From the human T2T-CHM13v2.0 reference genome, Homo sapiens: DNA of 64,000 bases. The notes below the pieces were generated by a model. That model did not search any database, was not told the origin of the DNA, and was given only the letters and a program-made list of their open reading frames with translations. This document shows, piece after piece, positions 12,625 to 26,296 of this stretch; the first letter of the stretch is position 1; each line of letters begins with the position of its first letter. The DNA lies in assembly GCF_009914755.1 (NCBI RefSeq), contig NC_060928.1; one strand, 5' to 3'. The position numbers and the translations under genes are program-made.

Positions 12625-14848
12625 TGATATGGTTTGCCTGTGTGTCCACCAAATCGCATCTTGAATTGTGGTTCCCATAATCCCCATGTGTCATGGGAGG
12701 GACCTGGTGGAAAGTTATTGAATCATGGGGGCAGTTACCTCCATGCTGTTCTCCTGATAGTGAGTGAGTTCTTATGAGATCTAATGGTTTTATAAGGGGA
12801 TTTTCCCCCTTTGCTCAGCACTTCTCTCTCCTGCCACCATGTGAAGAAAGACGTGATTGCTTCCCCCTCCGCTGTGATTGTAAGTTTCTTGAGGCCTTCC
12901 CAGCCATGCCAAACTGTGGGTCAATTAAACCTCTTTCCTTTATAAATTACCCAGTCTTGGGTATGTCTTTATTAGCTGCATGACAGCAGACTAATACAGG
13001 TTACTGATATCAGAGAGAGTAGGGCACTGCTGTAAAAATACCAAAGTGACTTTGGAACTGGGTAACTGGCAGAGACTGGAACAGTTTGGAGGGTTCAGAA
13101 TAAGAGAGAAAAATGTTGGAAAGTTTGGAACTTCCTACAGACTTTTTGAATGGCTTTGACCAAAATGCTGAGGTGTTATGGAAAATGAAGTCCAGGCTGA
13201 GGTGGTCACAGATGGAGATGAGGAACTTCTTGGAAACTGGAGCAAAGGTCACTCTTGCTATGCAAAGAGACTGGCAACATTTTGCCCCTGCCCTAGAGAT
13301 CTGTGGAACTTTGAACTGGAGAGAGATGATTTAAGGTATCTGGCAGAGGAAATTTCTAAATGACAAAGGATTTAAGATGAAGCAGAGCATAAAAGTTTGG
13401 AAAATTTGCAGCCTGAGCTTGCAATATAAAAGAAAAACCCATTTTCTGGGGAGAAATTCAAGCCCACTGCAGAAATTTGCATGAGTAACCAAGAGCTGAA
13501 TGATAATCACCAAGACAGTGGGAAAAATGTCTCCAAGGCATGTCAGAGACCTTCTCGACCGCCTCTCCCATCACAGGCCTGGAAGTCCAGGAGGAAAAAA
13601 TGGTTTCCTTGGGTGGGCCCAGGGCACCCCTGCTGTGTAAAACCTAGGGATGTGGTGCCCCACATCATAGTCACTCTAGCCATGGCTAAAAGGGGCCAAG
13701 GTTCAGCTCAGGCTGTTGCTTCAGAGGGTACAAACCCTAAGCCTTGGAAGTTTCCACATGGTGTTGAGCCTGCAGGTGCACAGAGGTCAAGAAGTAAGGT
13801 TTGGGAACCTCCGCCTGAATTTCAGAGGATGAAAATAAGCTTAAATTTATACATTGTTTAAATTTAATTGTTAAATAAAGAAGATATATGCCTGCTGGGG
13901 CATTGCCTCATGGAGCTGTGAGAAGAAGGCCAGCATCCTCCAGACCCTAGAATGGTAGCTCCACTGACAACTTGCAGCTATGCACCTGGCAAAGCTGCAG
14001 GCACTCACCACCAGCCTGTGAAGGCAGCTGGGAGTGGGACTGTACCCTGCAAAGCCACAGGGGCAGAGCTGCCCAAGACCATGGGAGCCCATGTCTTGCA
14101 TCAGCATGCCCTGGATGTGAGACATGGAGTCAAAGGAGATCAATTTGGAGCTTTAAGCTTTAACTGCCCCTCTGCATTTTGGACTTTCAGGGGCCTGTAG
14201 CCCCTTCATTTTGGCCAATTTCTCCCATTTGGAATGGGTGTATTTACCTAATGCCTGTACCGTATTATATCTATGAAGTAACTACTTTGCTTTTGATTTT
14301 ACAGGCTCATAGGTGGAAGGAATGTACCTTTTCTCAGATAAGACTTTGGACTTGGACTTTTGAGTTAATGCTGAAATAAGTTAAGACTTTGGGAGACTGT
14401 TGGGAAGGCATGATTGTGTTTTGAAATGTGAGGACATGAGATTTGAGAGGGGCCAGGGACAGAATGATATGATTTGGCTGTGTGCCCAGCCAAATCTCAT
14501 CGTGAATTGTAGTTCCCTTAATCCCCATGTGTCCTGAGAGGGACCTAGTGGGTGGTAATTAAATCATGGGGGCAGTTACCTCCATGCTGTTCTCCTAATA
14601 GTGAGTGAGTTCTCAGGAGATGTGATGGTTCTATAAGGGCTTCACCCCACTTCACTCTGCACATCTCATTTTTCTCTCTCCTGCTGCCTTGTGAATAAGG
14701 ACATGTTTGCTTCTGATTCTGCCACGATTATAAGTTTCCTGAGGCCTCCCCAGCTCTGGGTTAATTGTGAGTCAATTAAACCTCTTTCCTTTATAAATTG
14801 CCCAGTCCCAGGTATGGCCTTATAGCAGTGTGAGAAGGGATTAACACA
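12625..14848 (+). mobile_element. Full-length THE1 (ERVL-MaLR) provirus: 5' LTR 12625-12998, internal region, 3' LTR 14465-14848
   Basis: Both LTRs run TGATATG...ACA and contain ATTAAA. THE1-int-like sequence lies between them, with a polypurine tract before the 3' LTR. The 5-bp TSD is gttag/gtcag. Confidence 0.93.
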
Positions 14849-17800
14849 GTCAGTGAGACTATTATACTTCTATGGGCTTATTGATATTTAACAAGTCTCT
14901 TAATATTGCTTTTTCCCAAAATGTTTATAGAGCACTCTACTCCAGATATTCTTCTAGGTGCTGAAGATAGGCTGGTGAAGAGGTCTCTGTCTTTATACAG
15001 CTTAAATTACAATCACAAAAATAGACAGTAAAAAATAAACAATATAGTATATAGATTGGGAGTGTTATGAAACATGATGCGGTTAAATTAACTGGCGAGA
15101 GAGTGTTAAGTACTTACGTATTTTACCCATTTTGAAAGTTGAATCTTTGGACTTGATGGTAGAATCGGAAGGATAGGAAGCTGCAAAAAGGCACGAATCA
15201 GGCATGAGTCCTAGAATATTTGGATGAACAATTTGGAGATGGGGAGAAAAAAGATTTTAGGGCAAATTACCAAGACTTAGTTTTTGGACATATTACGTTT
15301 GAAATATTATAACTAATTGAGATGTCACGTAGAAAGTTAAATATAAAAGTTTAGTTCTCAGGGAAGACATTCAAGTAGAGATACATCTTAGAAAGTCATA
15401 AACATTAGATGATATTCATTATATGCACACTTAGTGCTTGTAAGTTCCAGAATATGTATTATATTATCTCATTTAATCTCACAATAGCCCTGAAAGTTAG
15501 GCACTAGTATCTCAATTTTATTGATTTATAAAACAACCAACAAAAATTTATGTTATAAAAACTAAACAACTTGAACTGCCCATTCAGCTGTTTGTCAGTG
15601 ACTACAGGATTTGAGGCCAACCCACTTAACAGGTGATGATTTCTTAACAATTATTTACCAATTCCCAAATGTCAGCCTGTCTACCATATTCTGTTTTATA
15701 TAGACTATGTTTATACGAATTTCTTCCCTTTGGATTAAATTTTATTTTTATATTAAAGAGAACATTGGTTTAGGAAGCAAAAAATCTTGTGGTTCTCTCT
15801 AAGTAAAATAGCTGGTAAAGTCATAATATTCATGAATTAGAAATCACAGCATTATTCCCCTCAATAAATAAAAAATATGTATCCAAGGGTTTTATTAAGT
15901 ATAAAGTACAAAGCGAATCTTAGATATTATACTATGAACGTACAATACATATGATATGCTCATACCTGCATAGACAATGCAGTTAGTTGGGCTGTATGTT
16001 TGCATTGAATTTGGGGGTAGGAGATTAATCTGCGCACAAATTAAATATGTTATCCTTTATCCTTTATAGATAATTCTCAGTCTGTTGTACTAAAGGGATA
16101 TAGAGATTCTGTCTCTAGATTTGGCACAAAAGTTTAGTTATAAAGTATTTGTGTGTCAGCATAAATAGTAGGTCTTCAGGGAACAGTTCAGTTATTAGCA
16201 TTTCTAATTAAGGGCATTTATCATCCAACTGAAAGGGAATATATTTCATTCTTATGCAGGGATTGAAAATTGCTTTTTAATGGAGGGAAACATGCTGTTT
16301 TTGCAAAGTTAATGCTAAAAGCTAAAAGGAGTGATCATCATGCTTTATTTTATTGGTGAGCACCTGGTAACATTTTGAATTGTTGTCTGTCACATTATTT
16401 AGTTGAAGCTGGTCATTGCATTATAAATGGCTCTGTAATCAAAAGAGAGGTCAGAATTGTGTAATATGACATTTTACATCCGAAGATAATTGTTTTTAAA
16501 TATTCCAGAAAGATCACATTTTGTCAATATTATTTGTGGGAATGTATGATAGAAAAGTTTGCCTTGTCTGTTATGATCAACATTTTTAATAATGAAAATT
16601 GCTTGAAAACTTTTAAGGCCCCAATAATTCTATAAATCAAATCGTGCTAGAGTTGCCTTCAATTACCAGACATGAAATGCATTTGACTTAATTTTATTTT
16701 TGAGTCTCGGGCAGCTTTTGTTATTTCCATTGGCATATTTGTCATAGATGGGAATCTTGTTTCCAAAGTTGATAACTGGTTATTGTTTTAATTCCTCTTA
16801 TTTGTAGCAGACTTTCTATGAAGTTTGTTAGTGATCTAAATATTATTCTAAATCATTTATTTAAATAGCATTCTTTTAAATCAGCTACTCTTTAGTCAGA
16901 AAAAAATATTTCTACATAGAATTTTATTTGTGTTTTCTTAAGATAAAACTCCAGAAACATTTAATTTCCAAAATTCCATTGAATAAGAGCTAAAGTTGCC
17001 ATCAGGTTCCATAGAATTGAAATTTGATAAAACAGTTTCAATCTATTATCCATTTACTCCATGTGAGCTACAAATCTGAGTATACAAAGTAAATTAAACT
17101 TTGAAATGGCAATAAACTATGATTAATATTTATGATAAAATTTATAGAAACTGAATGATAAAGATTATATAAAATCAAAACCAACATGATTTCATTATGA
17201 GGATTTCATTATTTTCAAAAAAGTTTTCTAATTCTATCTTTTTGAAACAATCCTTTTTTAAAGCTTATTTTGATAAGTATTCTTAAATATATAATTTGAT
17301 ATTTTCACTCAGGAGGCAGGCAGAGGTAGGTTGAGTTTAAAATTAGGTGGTAGCCTCTAGTGTTTCAGAGTTTCAATAACTGTGTTGAAATTTTTGGGTT
17401 TCTTTAATGTCCTCCAAATAGTAATTCCTCATATGTGCTTTTTGCAGGCATAAAATATTTGGTTATTATTATTTTTTATTTTATAATTTTTAAAAATTAT
17501 GATAAGATGTACTTATCATTACATTTCTCATTTTAACGATTTTTTAAGTGTATGGTTTAGTGATTAAGTATATTCACTTTGTTGTGCAATTTTTCAGTGG
17601 CATTGTCATAACTTTACTAAAGTAATTATTTTAGTTTTACTTCATGCCTTTATTTAGTATGTAATTTATCTTAAGGAAATATAGTGTTTTTGATAGATTC
17701 CTATGCAAAAATAATGAAAAAAATATTAAGTGTGTATATATCTAATTTATATAAGCATATATGTAGAACTAATTAGCAACAATACATTATTTTATAAAAC

Positions 17801-18312
17801 AGAATTTTTAAAATACAGAAGTGTTGTTAATATTTAAATTGTTACATACCTTTTGTTTTATGTATTTTTTTGTATTCAAATTTTAATCTAACCACATAAT
17901 CTTCAATGCTAATATAGGATGACTGAATTTCAATACATTTTTTAGTAGATGGCTTACTTACTGTGAGAAAAATGAGTTTACTTCATGGGGAAAAAAAGAA
18001 GCTAATACTTTATTACAACAAACACACCGCTAGTCAGGGGACCCATTTACCAAATATTTGATGTCAAGAAAGAAAATGGCTTTGTTGCAAAGCAACAGAA
18101 TTAAGTTAAGCAGAATTCTATTTCTGCTGAATAGCCTTTTATGTTTCAGAGAAGTATTTTTGATTTATAGTTGCTATTATAAAAAATATAATCTTCCTGA
18201 CATTTGAACTTCAATCGTTTAAACTCATTCATTACACTTATTATCTGTGTATATTCTGATAGAGCAGTGACCTGAAACTTTTTTCTTTTTTCAAATCTTA
18301 TTTTAAGTTTTA

Positions 18313-18604
<292 letters not shown>

Positions 18605-20273
18605 GTCTTATTTTAAATTTTCTTGAACTTCATTTGATATATTTGAGCTGACTAAGCTACCAGTCTTAAAGGCAATGCTAGTTATTAGTTTAATGGTTTT
18701 TCATACTTAAGAGTATAAAATGTGACTCACACAAGGCCCAGGGTTAACTGTGGTATCATAAATAATTGGAAGATTAACCTGTGCACAGTCTCTCTCTCTC
18801 TCTGTCTCTCTTCCCATGAGTGTGTGCATGTGCACAATTTGGTTTGTGTAAATTTTAAGATATGCCATTCAGAATTTGGGTTTTCTTTTTTGGCTATTTT
18901 ATGTGAAAACTGAAGAAGAATTTTATCACTTTTTCCATGTTTATGTTATATTTATGTTTATATGAATACATATGTGCATACATATGTACACACACTACAT
19001 ACAACTTTACAAATTTAAATTTGAAATTTTTTCATCTGACTACTAATTGTAATTAGGTTTTTGACTTTTCACTGGAGTTCTGACTTCTAATTCAAATATC
19101 CACTGCATCTTCTTAACCTCTACAATTACAAGTTTCTGAGACCTTCACTTTTAATTTTATTTGTATATTTTACCCCTTTCATTGGCTCACTGTCCTCTAT
19201 CAGGAGCCCGTGTCATTATATCCTGCCTCTTTGTGATTGCATCTGGTTTTCATAAATCAATCCCAGGTGGAATTGAACAATTTTGCCCTATTACACCACT
19301 ACCTATATAATTCATCATTATCAGATCTATTTGAGCTAAACATTGGCCCTAGTATTCTGACTCTTCTCATGGGATTCACGTTTAATTGGGACCTTCTGTT
19401 TCTAAGTAGTACACTATCTGCAAAACTTTGACCTTTGTCTGTAGTCTTGTTCTCTGACCCCAGCCTTAGGCTAAGTCCCAGACTATAAAAGTATAGTCCT
19501 AGATTGTATATTTCTAGAAGTGTTCAATTATGTGAACTTTCATCCATGTAGACCAGGTTTTCATATAGAAAATTAGAGAAAGAGTTAATACAGACAGAGC
19601 ACAAGACCTAATGGTATGCATTATGGGCTAATATAAAAATTAATTAAACATAATTATTCCTGTTTTCAATTAACTTATAACTTAATAGGACGTGACTGGA
19701 GTACGTTGATAATTATAATAATATAGAGCAAAACATCTGCAATAAGAGTGGCAGAGTTTTATCTGAGCTTAATTAACTTAGAAAAGATTTTTTTTAAGAA
19801 TTCAAAACTGGCTCTCTGTCTATTCTGGCTAAATGGAAATTGGTTCAGTTCTTTGGGTCTTAAGTTGTTTAACAAAATCAAACAAGAATACCTACTTTAT
19901 GGAATCTGTGCATTAAATGAGCAATACATGTATAAAATATGTATAGATCTGGTATCAAATGTGTTCAATGAAATATGTATAACACATGCATGTATGTATA
20001 TGCACCTATATTTCAATTTAGATATAAATATATGAGCAAGGTTTACAGATAATGACTCTGATTTCAGTTTTTGACACACTAATGTTGAGACTCTTCAGTA
20101 ACTTGCAAGAGCAGACCAACAAATGGGCAGTTGGATCTGACAGCCTAGAGGCAGCAGAAAGCTTTGGACGGAAGATAAAGTAATAGTAAACATTATGCAG
20201 CACTTCAAATAGGATGTATCCACTACACGGTGGGAAACAGTAATACTCCGGAGAACTTCTCCACACAGTTAAA

Positions 20274-20467
20274 AGGAAGGGTTACATCACACACCGGGTT
20301 CTGTCCTGGGGTGGGATGAGGGGGGAGGGAAAGCATTAGGAGATATACCTAATGTAAATGATGAGTTAATGGGTGCAGCACACCAACATGGCACATGTAT
20401 ACATATGTAACAAACCTGCACGTTGTGCACATGTACCCTAGAACTTAAAGTATAAAAAAAAAAAAAA
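20274..20467 (+). mobile_element. 5'-truncated L1PA 3' UTR fragment
   Basis: acatcacacaccggg...gcacatgtaccctagaacttaaagtata followed by poly-A. Confidence 0.93.
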
Positions 20468-21315
20468 GCAAACACACAGACACAGAAAAGCAACAACAAA
20501 AACACAGCGTCTTCATTCAATTAGCACATAAAAGAAGTGCCAAGATCTGTGGTCGCCAAGGACTAGGGAGTTTGTGTCACTCATCTGGCACAAATGCAGT
20601 GAAAATAAGATTCACTTGAAATTAAGAGACATTCCATTTTTCTCCCTTGATTTCATTTTTCTGCGTAAAGCTGATTTGGAGGTTATGCTATCAGTCAACA
20701 AGCAAGATGTTGTAGTGGGATGGAGGGTTGGTAAGCCCCATTCACAGGAATAATAGTCAAACATATTGGAGGCACGATTCAAATTTCAGGTTAATTAAAT
20801 CTCAGTAAAAGGCTTAGAAATGTAGAACAAAATTTCTGTAAGGTTTCCTATGAAAAAAAATTTTTTAAACTAACAAGACTTGTGTGCACATTTCCTGGGG
20901 CAATAAGAAAGTTGAGACAGTTGAAGAAATTGTACTTCACTTTTCTTGAGGTGGGAAAAAAAAAATAAGAAGAGAACTCCAAGTGCTTATGAAGTGGGTT
21001 GTGGCTGATAATAAGGGGAGAAAAGGGATACTCTGGAGAAAGTTCTTGGCTTGAAAACAGACTCATATAGATGTAGAATCACCTATGGGGCTGATCGTGG
21101 CTTAAGGATCATCTGCCAGTCTTGAGAATCATTTACTAATCTCAAGGATCAACAAATGATCCTCAAGCCAGAATTGTCTGTTGTCACCTGAGTGCTTTGA
21201 AAATCATCTGGAAAAATAAGTTGATATTCTTTGGTATGAACACAGTGAGACTGAACTTGCTGTAAGCTTTCCTTGATAAACAGGGCTCATTTTTTACTCC
21301 CCCCAGCATTTGCTT

Positions 21316-21366
21316 TCTACAGTATCTACAGTAATGTATCTACAGTAGTAATGTATCTACAGTAAT
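21316..21366. repeat. Short tandem repeat, about 14-bp unit gtatctacagtaat
   Basis: tctacagtatctacagtaatgtatctacagtagtaatgtatctacagtaat. Confidence 0.8.
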
Positions 21367-24300
21367 ATATGGTTTACAGACAAAGAAAGAAATCACATAT
21401 TCTTGTCCAAATGAGTCAGTCATAATTTAATGTGGTTTTCCATATGTGTATCACCAGACACTTTAGAATACCAAATATTAATGTAAAGACTTTGACTGGC
21501 AGTTACTTATTTTCTAATTGTGAATTACAGCACAATGTGTATATCAGAAATATTCAGATCTTTCTTGAAATCTCACTGTAAGTCTTAAAATACCACATTT
21601 AAAAATGTCCAATTTACTATGTCTTCCATAAAGCTGTGAATTTTTAGAGAGCTAAATGTCTCATGTATTTTTACCACAAGTGAATCATTGAGATGAATTA
21701 TTATTCAAAATATTTTCCTGAATAATATGAGACTGAATTGAAAGGTTTGGGGAGGGGGCAGAATCCTGAGAGCTGTAATACAGAAAACTATATAATAAAA
21801 AATGACTTTTTATAGTCAATTTCTGTGAGTTTTTTGGTCTCTAAAACAAGTACAAGAAGAACAATGGGTAACATGGAATATAATTTATGTGCTAGGTAGT
21901 GTCCTAAGCACATTACATTTTTCTCAATACCCCTTTGGGGTAGAGTCTATTATAATTCTCATTTTATGGATGAAGATTGATTTTTAGTGAGTAGAGTGAA
22001 ATATCAGTAAAAGAGATTAAAGAACCCTGCATCTCCTCCCATCCTTTGCCTCTCTGGAACCTTGATTAATGTATCCCCTCTTTCAGTTTCTCTCTCTCTT
22101 CCATGACACCTCCTTTTGCTCACACAAATGCACACATATTCCCTAGGTAATTTTTTTTTTATGCAACTGGTGGGAATTCTACTAACATTATTCAGAGCAT
22201 TAACTTCCATTTCATAAAATTGTATATAGTGAAACACACATTCAAGAAATTTAAGCCAAACATTGGTACTCAACAATACACTCCAAACTGTTTATTTTAG
22301 CCTTAATATATTGCTTGTGAGAAATTTAAAATCTATGCCAAGATTATTGTGCTCAAATGTCCCACAAACTTAAGCTGGCCAGTAGTGAAGGTCCCTCCCT
22401 GTTGGGCCTCTTCACCTCCTGCCTGGTGCTCTTCTAGGCTCAGCGACAGAACTGCTTGTCCAGACCCCCAAAGCAGCGTAGGAAGCAGCACTGTTCCCCC
22501 TACTGGCAGTACCTTCCAGCTTCTTGTCAGTGGTAAAGACTCCAGGGCTGCTTTACATGGGTCACATCTCAGTGACATTCCTCACTAGGTCTGTGGCCTT
22601 GAAAAAGCTACTTAAACTTTCTAAACTTGAGCTTACTCATATACCAAATGGAGATGACAGCAGTGCTGATTTATGGGGATTAGATAAGACAGTTTATGTA
22701 AACTTCTTAAACCAGTGCATGCATATCTAAGGACTAAACAAATATTTACTGTTATTGATATTTCTTTCAATATGTTGCATGGAATTTTGACAGTCTTATT
22801 TGATGTGTTTCTTATCGTATCCTACATTCATATCTATTTTGTGTGTGTGAAATATTTGTTGCATAATTTTACCATTGCTTACAGTAAGCAAGTACTAAAA
22901 AGGCATTTACATTTTTTTTTAGTTTATAGTTCATTATGCATATTACCAATAGATTGAGGGCTATTTTTCCCTTTAGTGTAAAATCAAACACTAATAGGTA
23001 AGATTTCTGAAGTCATAAACTTTATGTTAAATTTTTAGATATTTCTTAGACGTCAAAATTTTTTGACTTTGTATGTTAATTTAAATGAAACACTTAATAT
23101 AAAATATCTTATGATATATATATATGGCAACAATGATCAGTGTGCAGTCTAAATTTAATTGCATCATTTTCTGGGAGGTATCATGCTTCTTTATTGTGCT
23201 CTGCTCAACTGGGTATACACATTCTTTCATCTAACCTAGAATTCACAAAAATAACAGATCTCCAAAACCATTTCATTCCATAATTTCCCCATCTGTTGAT
23301 TTTGGTTCCTATACACACATCTGAGCATAAAAGCTCATTGGTACTAGGCCACGAGTAATTACAATCTAAGAACATAGAAGAATGATTGAATAGTGGTAAA
23401 GGAAATACCAGCAAATCACTTGACTATTAGAAAATAATATGGTAAGGTTGTGAATCTCAATACCATTCTGTGATAATGAGGGCACTCCATAAACATTTTA
23501 CAAATAAATGAATGAGTGGCTTTATTTACAGAATATTGAATGGTAAAGTTAAGTAGAATTTAAATGTCATATTAAGGGAAATAACTTTATTGAAGGTAAA
23601 GTAGTATCTTAAGCAGAAAAGGAGAGTATCTGGGGTTTTATTTTATTTTACATAAATGCAGTTAAATGGATCTTCATTGTTTCTATTTAGAAGAGTTTGA
23701 GTTTGAAAAATGGTTTTGAAAACACAACCAACAGCAGATAATTTGTCTTTCAGTTATGGGGACAGCCCACAGAATTCCAACACATATGGCATCTAGCCTT
23801 CACCACAAAATTAGTCTAGTACAGATAGTGTGGCCCAAGTGTTTGGCAAATGTTGGGTTTTCACCATATATTGATAGCAGCTGGAACAGGAAATAAAAAT
23901 GAATCATTTCACGTTACATTGAATTTTAAGTAGAAGCAGCACACATGATTCTGAGTTAGCTCATCATTATGAAGTTATTCTAGCACGTAGAAGATAACAC
24001 TTTTGAGATATAACTTGAAGCTATTTTTTGTTTCCCACAGACAGTATGGGAAAGGGATTTAAATACCTCAGAGACTCTGGAATTTGTGATAGTAACAATG
24101 ATAGTCACAGCTGAGAGTCCAGTTTTTAACATTGCCTTGTTAGTTGGCCAGCTCTTCCATGCCTGTGGGTATTCTTCAAATCTGGTTTTGTGCTATTTTA
24201 ATGTAATTTCAGAGAAATTACCGGCAGTGCCTCTTTTGTGGCATTCAAATGATATTGTTGTGTTCTACATTGTTGAATCAGCACCTTTAAAATAGAATAA

Positions 24301-24535
24301 GAGCAGGACATATACTTTTCGTGCAGAGTTACTAGGAAAGAGTTGAAATTCTAGTTCACAAATGAAAACATTTGTCTTGTAACAAAATTAAAAATCACTC
24401 AATCACTTATGTGTTCAGAAATTTTACTTTGATGTTTCCTAAATTCTCTTTAGTAATTCTGTCTACAGCTAATTTTTGTTAAATTTGTTATTTTTTGTTT
24501 ATAAACATTGAGACTTGATTTTCTTTTCTTTTTAG

Positions 24536-24716
24536 GATCCCCTGCCTTGACTGGAACTGGAACAATCAACGTCATAGTAGATGATGTCAATGACAATGTC
24601 CCCACATTTGCCAGTAAAGCGTATTTCACAACAATTCCTGAGGATGCACCAACTGGAACAGATGTTTTATTGGTAAATGCCTCAGATGCTGATGCTTCAA
24701 AGAATGCAGTTATAAG
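24536..24716 (+). CDS. FAT4: FAT4 coding exon (181 nt; probably exon 8)
   Basis: Acceptor ttttcttttctttttag|GA, donor AAG|gtcagt. Encodes GSPALTGTGTINVIVDDVNDNVPTF...NAVI. Phase 1 to 2. Confidence 0.96.
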
Positions 24717-24829
24717 GTCAGTACATTTTCCTTTGTAAAGTTTGGCTGTTTTCTCATTAAACATTAGTTTTTGAACTACATGAATATAATGTTTAATTTA
24801 AATGAACGTCATATTAACACATATCCTCT

Positions 24830-25390
24830 TCTTGTTATCCATTGCTGATAGCCAACAATTCATTAAATGAGGATTCAAACAGTAAACATTTTACTTATTA
24901 CTCTAAGATTTTATTTAATTTTTATTTTATTTATATTTTTATCATATCTCATGGTTTTGTGGTTTGGGACTACACTGGGAGCTTCTGTCTCATGAGGTTG
25001 ACTGGTGGCACTTCACAGTATTTACATGGTGACTGAATGATCTGGAGGGGCCAAGATGACTTTGCATGCCTGCTGCCTTGGCAGGGTTGGTTGGAAGGTT
25101 CAGGATCATCTTGGCCCCCTCTGTCCTCAAGTAGTCTCAGAACTTCCTGATGTGGTTCTTTAGCAAAGTAGTTGGACTTTTTAGTTGGTGGTTCTCAACT
25201 CCAAGAGCCACAAGTGAAAGCTCCCAGAACTCTCAAAGGTCAGACTCAGATGTGCCATAGCAGCACTTCTATAATACTCTGTTGGTCAAAGCAGTGGTGA
25301 CCAGCTCAGATTCACTGTGAGGAGAAACATGCATCACTCGTTGATTGGAGAAATGTCAAAGAATTTTGACCATTTTTATTCCACTACTAG
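24830..25390 (-). mobile_element. Old MLT1-family (MaLR) solo LTR, boundaries approximate
   Basis: Antisense MLT1-like motifs: cacttctataatactctgttggtcaaagcagt, gctcagattcac and ggagaaatgtcaaagaatt. Confidence 0.65.
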
Positions 25391-26296
25391 CTCTAATAAG
25401 AATATTTGTGTATTCTTCATTTAGTAAATGTATTTTACTTTGCTTAAATCCTCTTAAAATTGAGAACACAAATATGATAACTTGTTCAGAGAGGATGTGA
25501 AAGAAATTTGAGTTGCAACATTTTATCAACCTAGCTTGTCCCCTTCTTTAATATCTATTCTAAACTACAAGAAATGAAGATTTCCAAAGGTTCTAGAGAA
25601 AAACTCACACACATAAATATTTTATACCCCTCCTCCACTTTCTATAGGCTGGTATTAGGTAAATTAGAGTTGGTTAGATGGCTATGAAAGTAATGGAGCA
25701 GAAGATAAAATTTGAGACATTAAGAATTATCAGCTATGGGTACCAGATATACGGATATGGTAATGAGCTGATTCATGTCTTATTTTGTTGTTTGTTACCA
25801 ATTTTCTTTTAACAAAATCATTTTGGAAAACTGGTTTTCACCACACAAATTTTAAGAAACACATTCAGACCACAATACTTGGTCTCTCTAAGAAATGACC
25901 TTTAAGCTGAAAGGACTGAGCTATGGAATGGAATTAAGCTCGTTGTTTTATCTAAGAAGGTCAGCATGTCTGGACCAGAGTGAGAAAGGAGTCAGAGAGG
26001 TAGGCAGGGGCTAAATCATGCAGGCCATATACAGGCCATATACGTCACGATACAGAATTGGGGTTTTCCAATTTACCTTTAGGTGAGAAACTACTGGGGA
26101 GTTTTAAACAGAAGAGACACATAAACTGGTCTACATTTGGATAGAATCTGATGAGAGAGGATTTACGGAGAGAAACCAGTGCACCATTTAGGCACTAATT
26201 AATATAGTTATCCAAGTAGAGTAACTTTGTACTTATGTGGAGAAATGAAAATTGAGTAAATAGATTTGGGGCATACCTTTGAAATTGGATGTGAGA

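Noticed and set aside
13010-14528. Cluster of 60-126 aa ORFs on both strands
   Set aside because: These are decayed THE1 internal and LTR sequence with no intact coding frame.
16280-16800. Repeat-free stretch with TAAT-type motifs that looks enhancer-like
   Set aside because: Conservation and chromatin cannot be judged from sequence alone, and such motifs are expected in AT-rich DNA.
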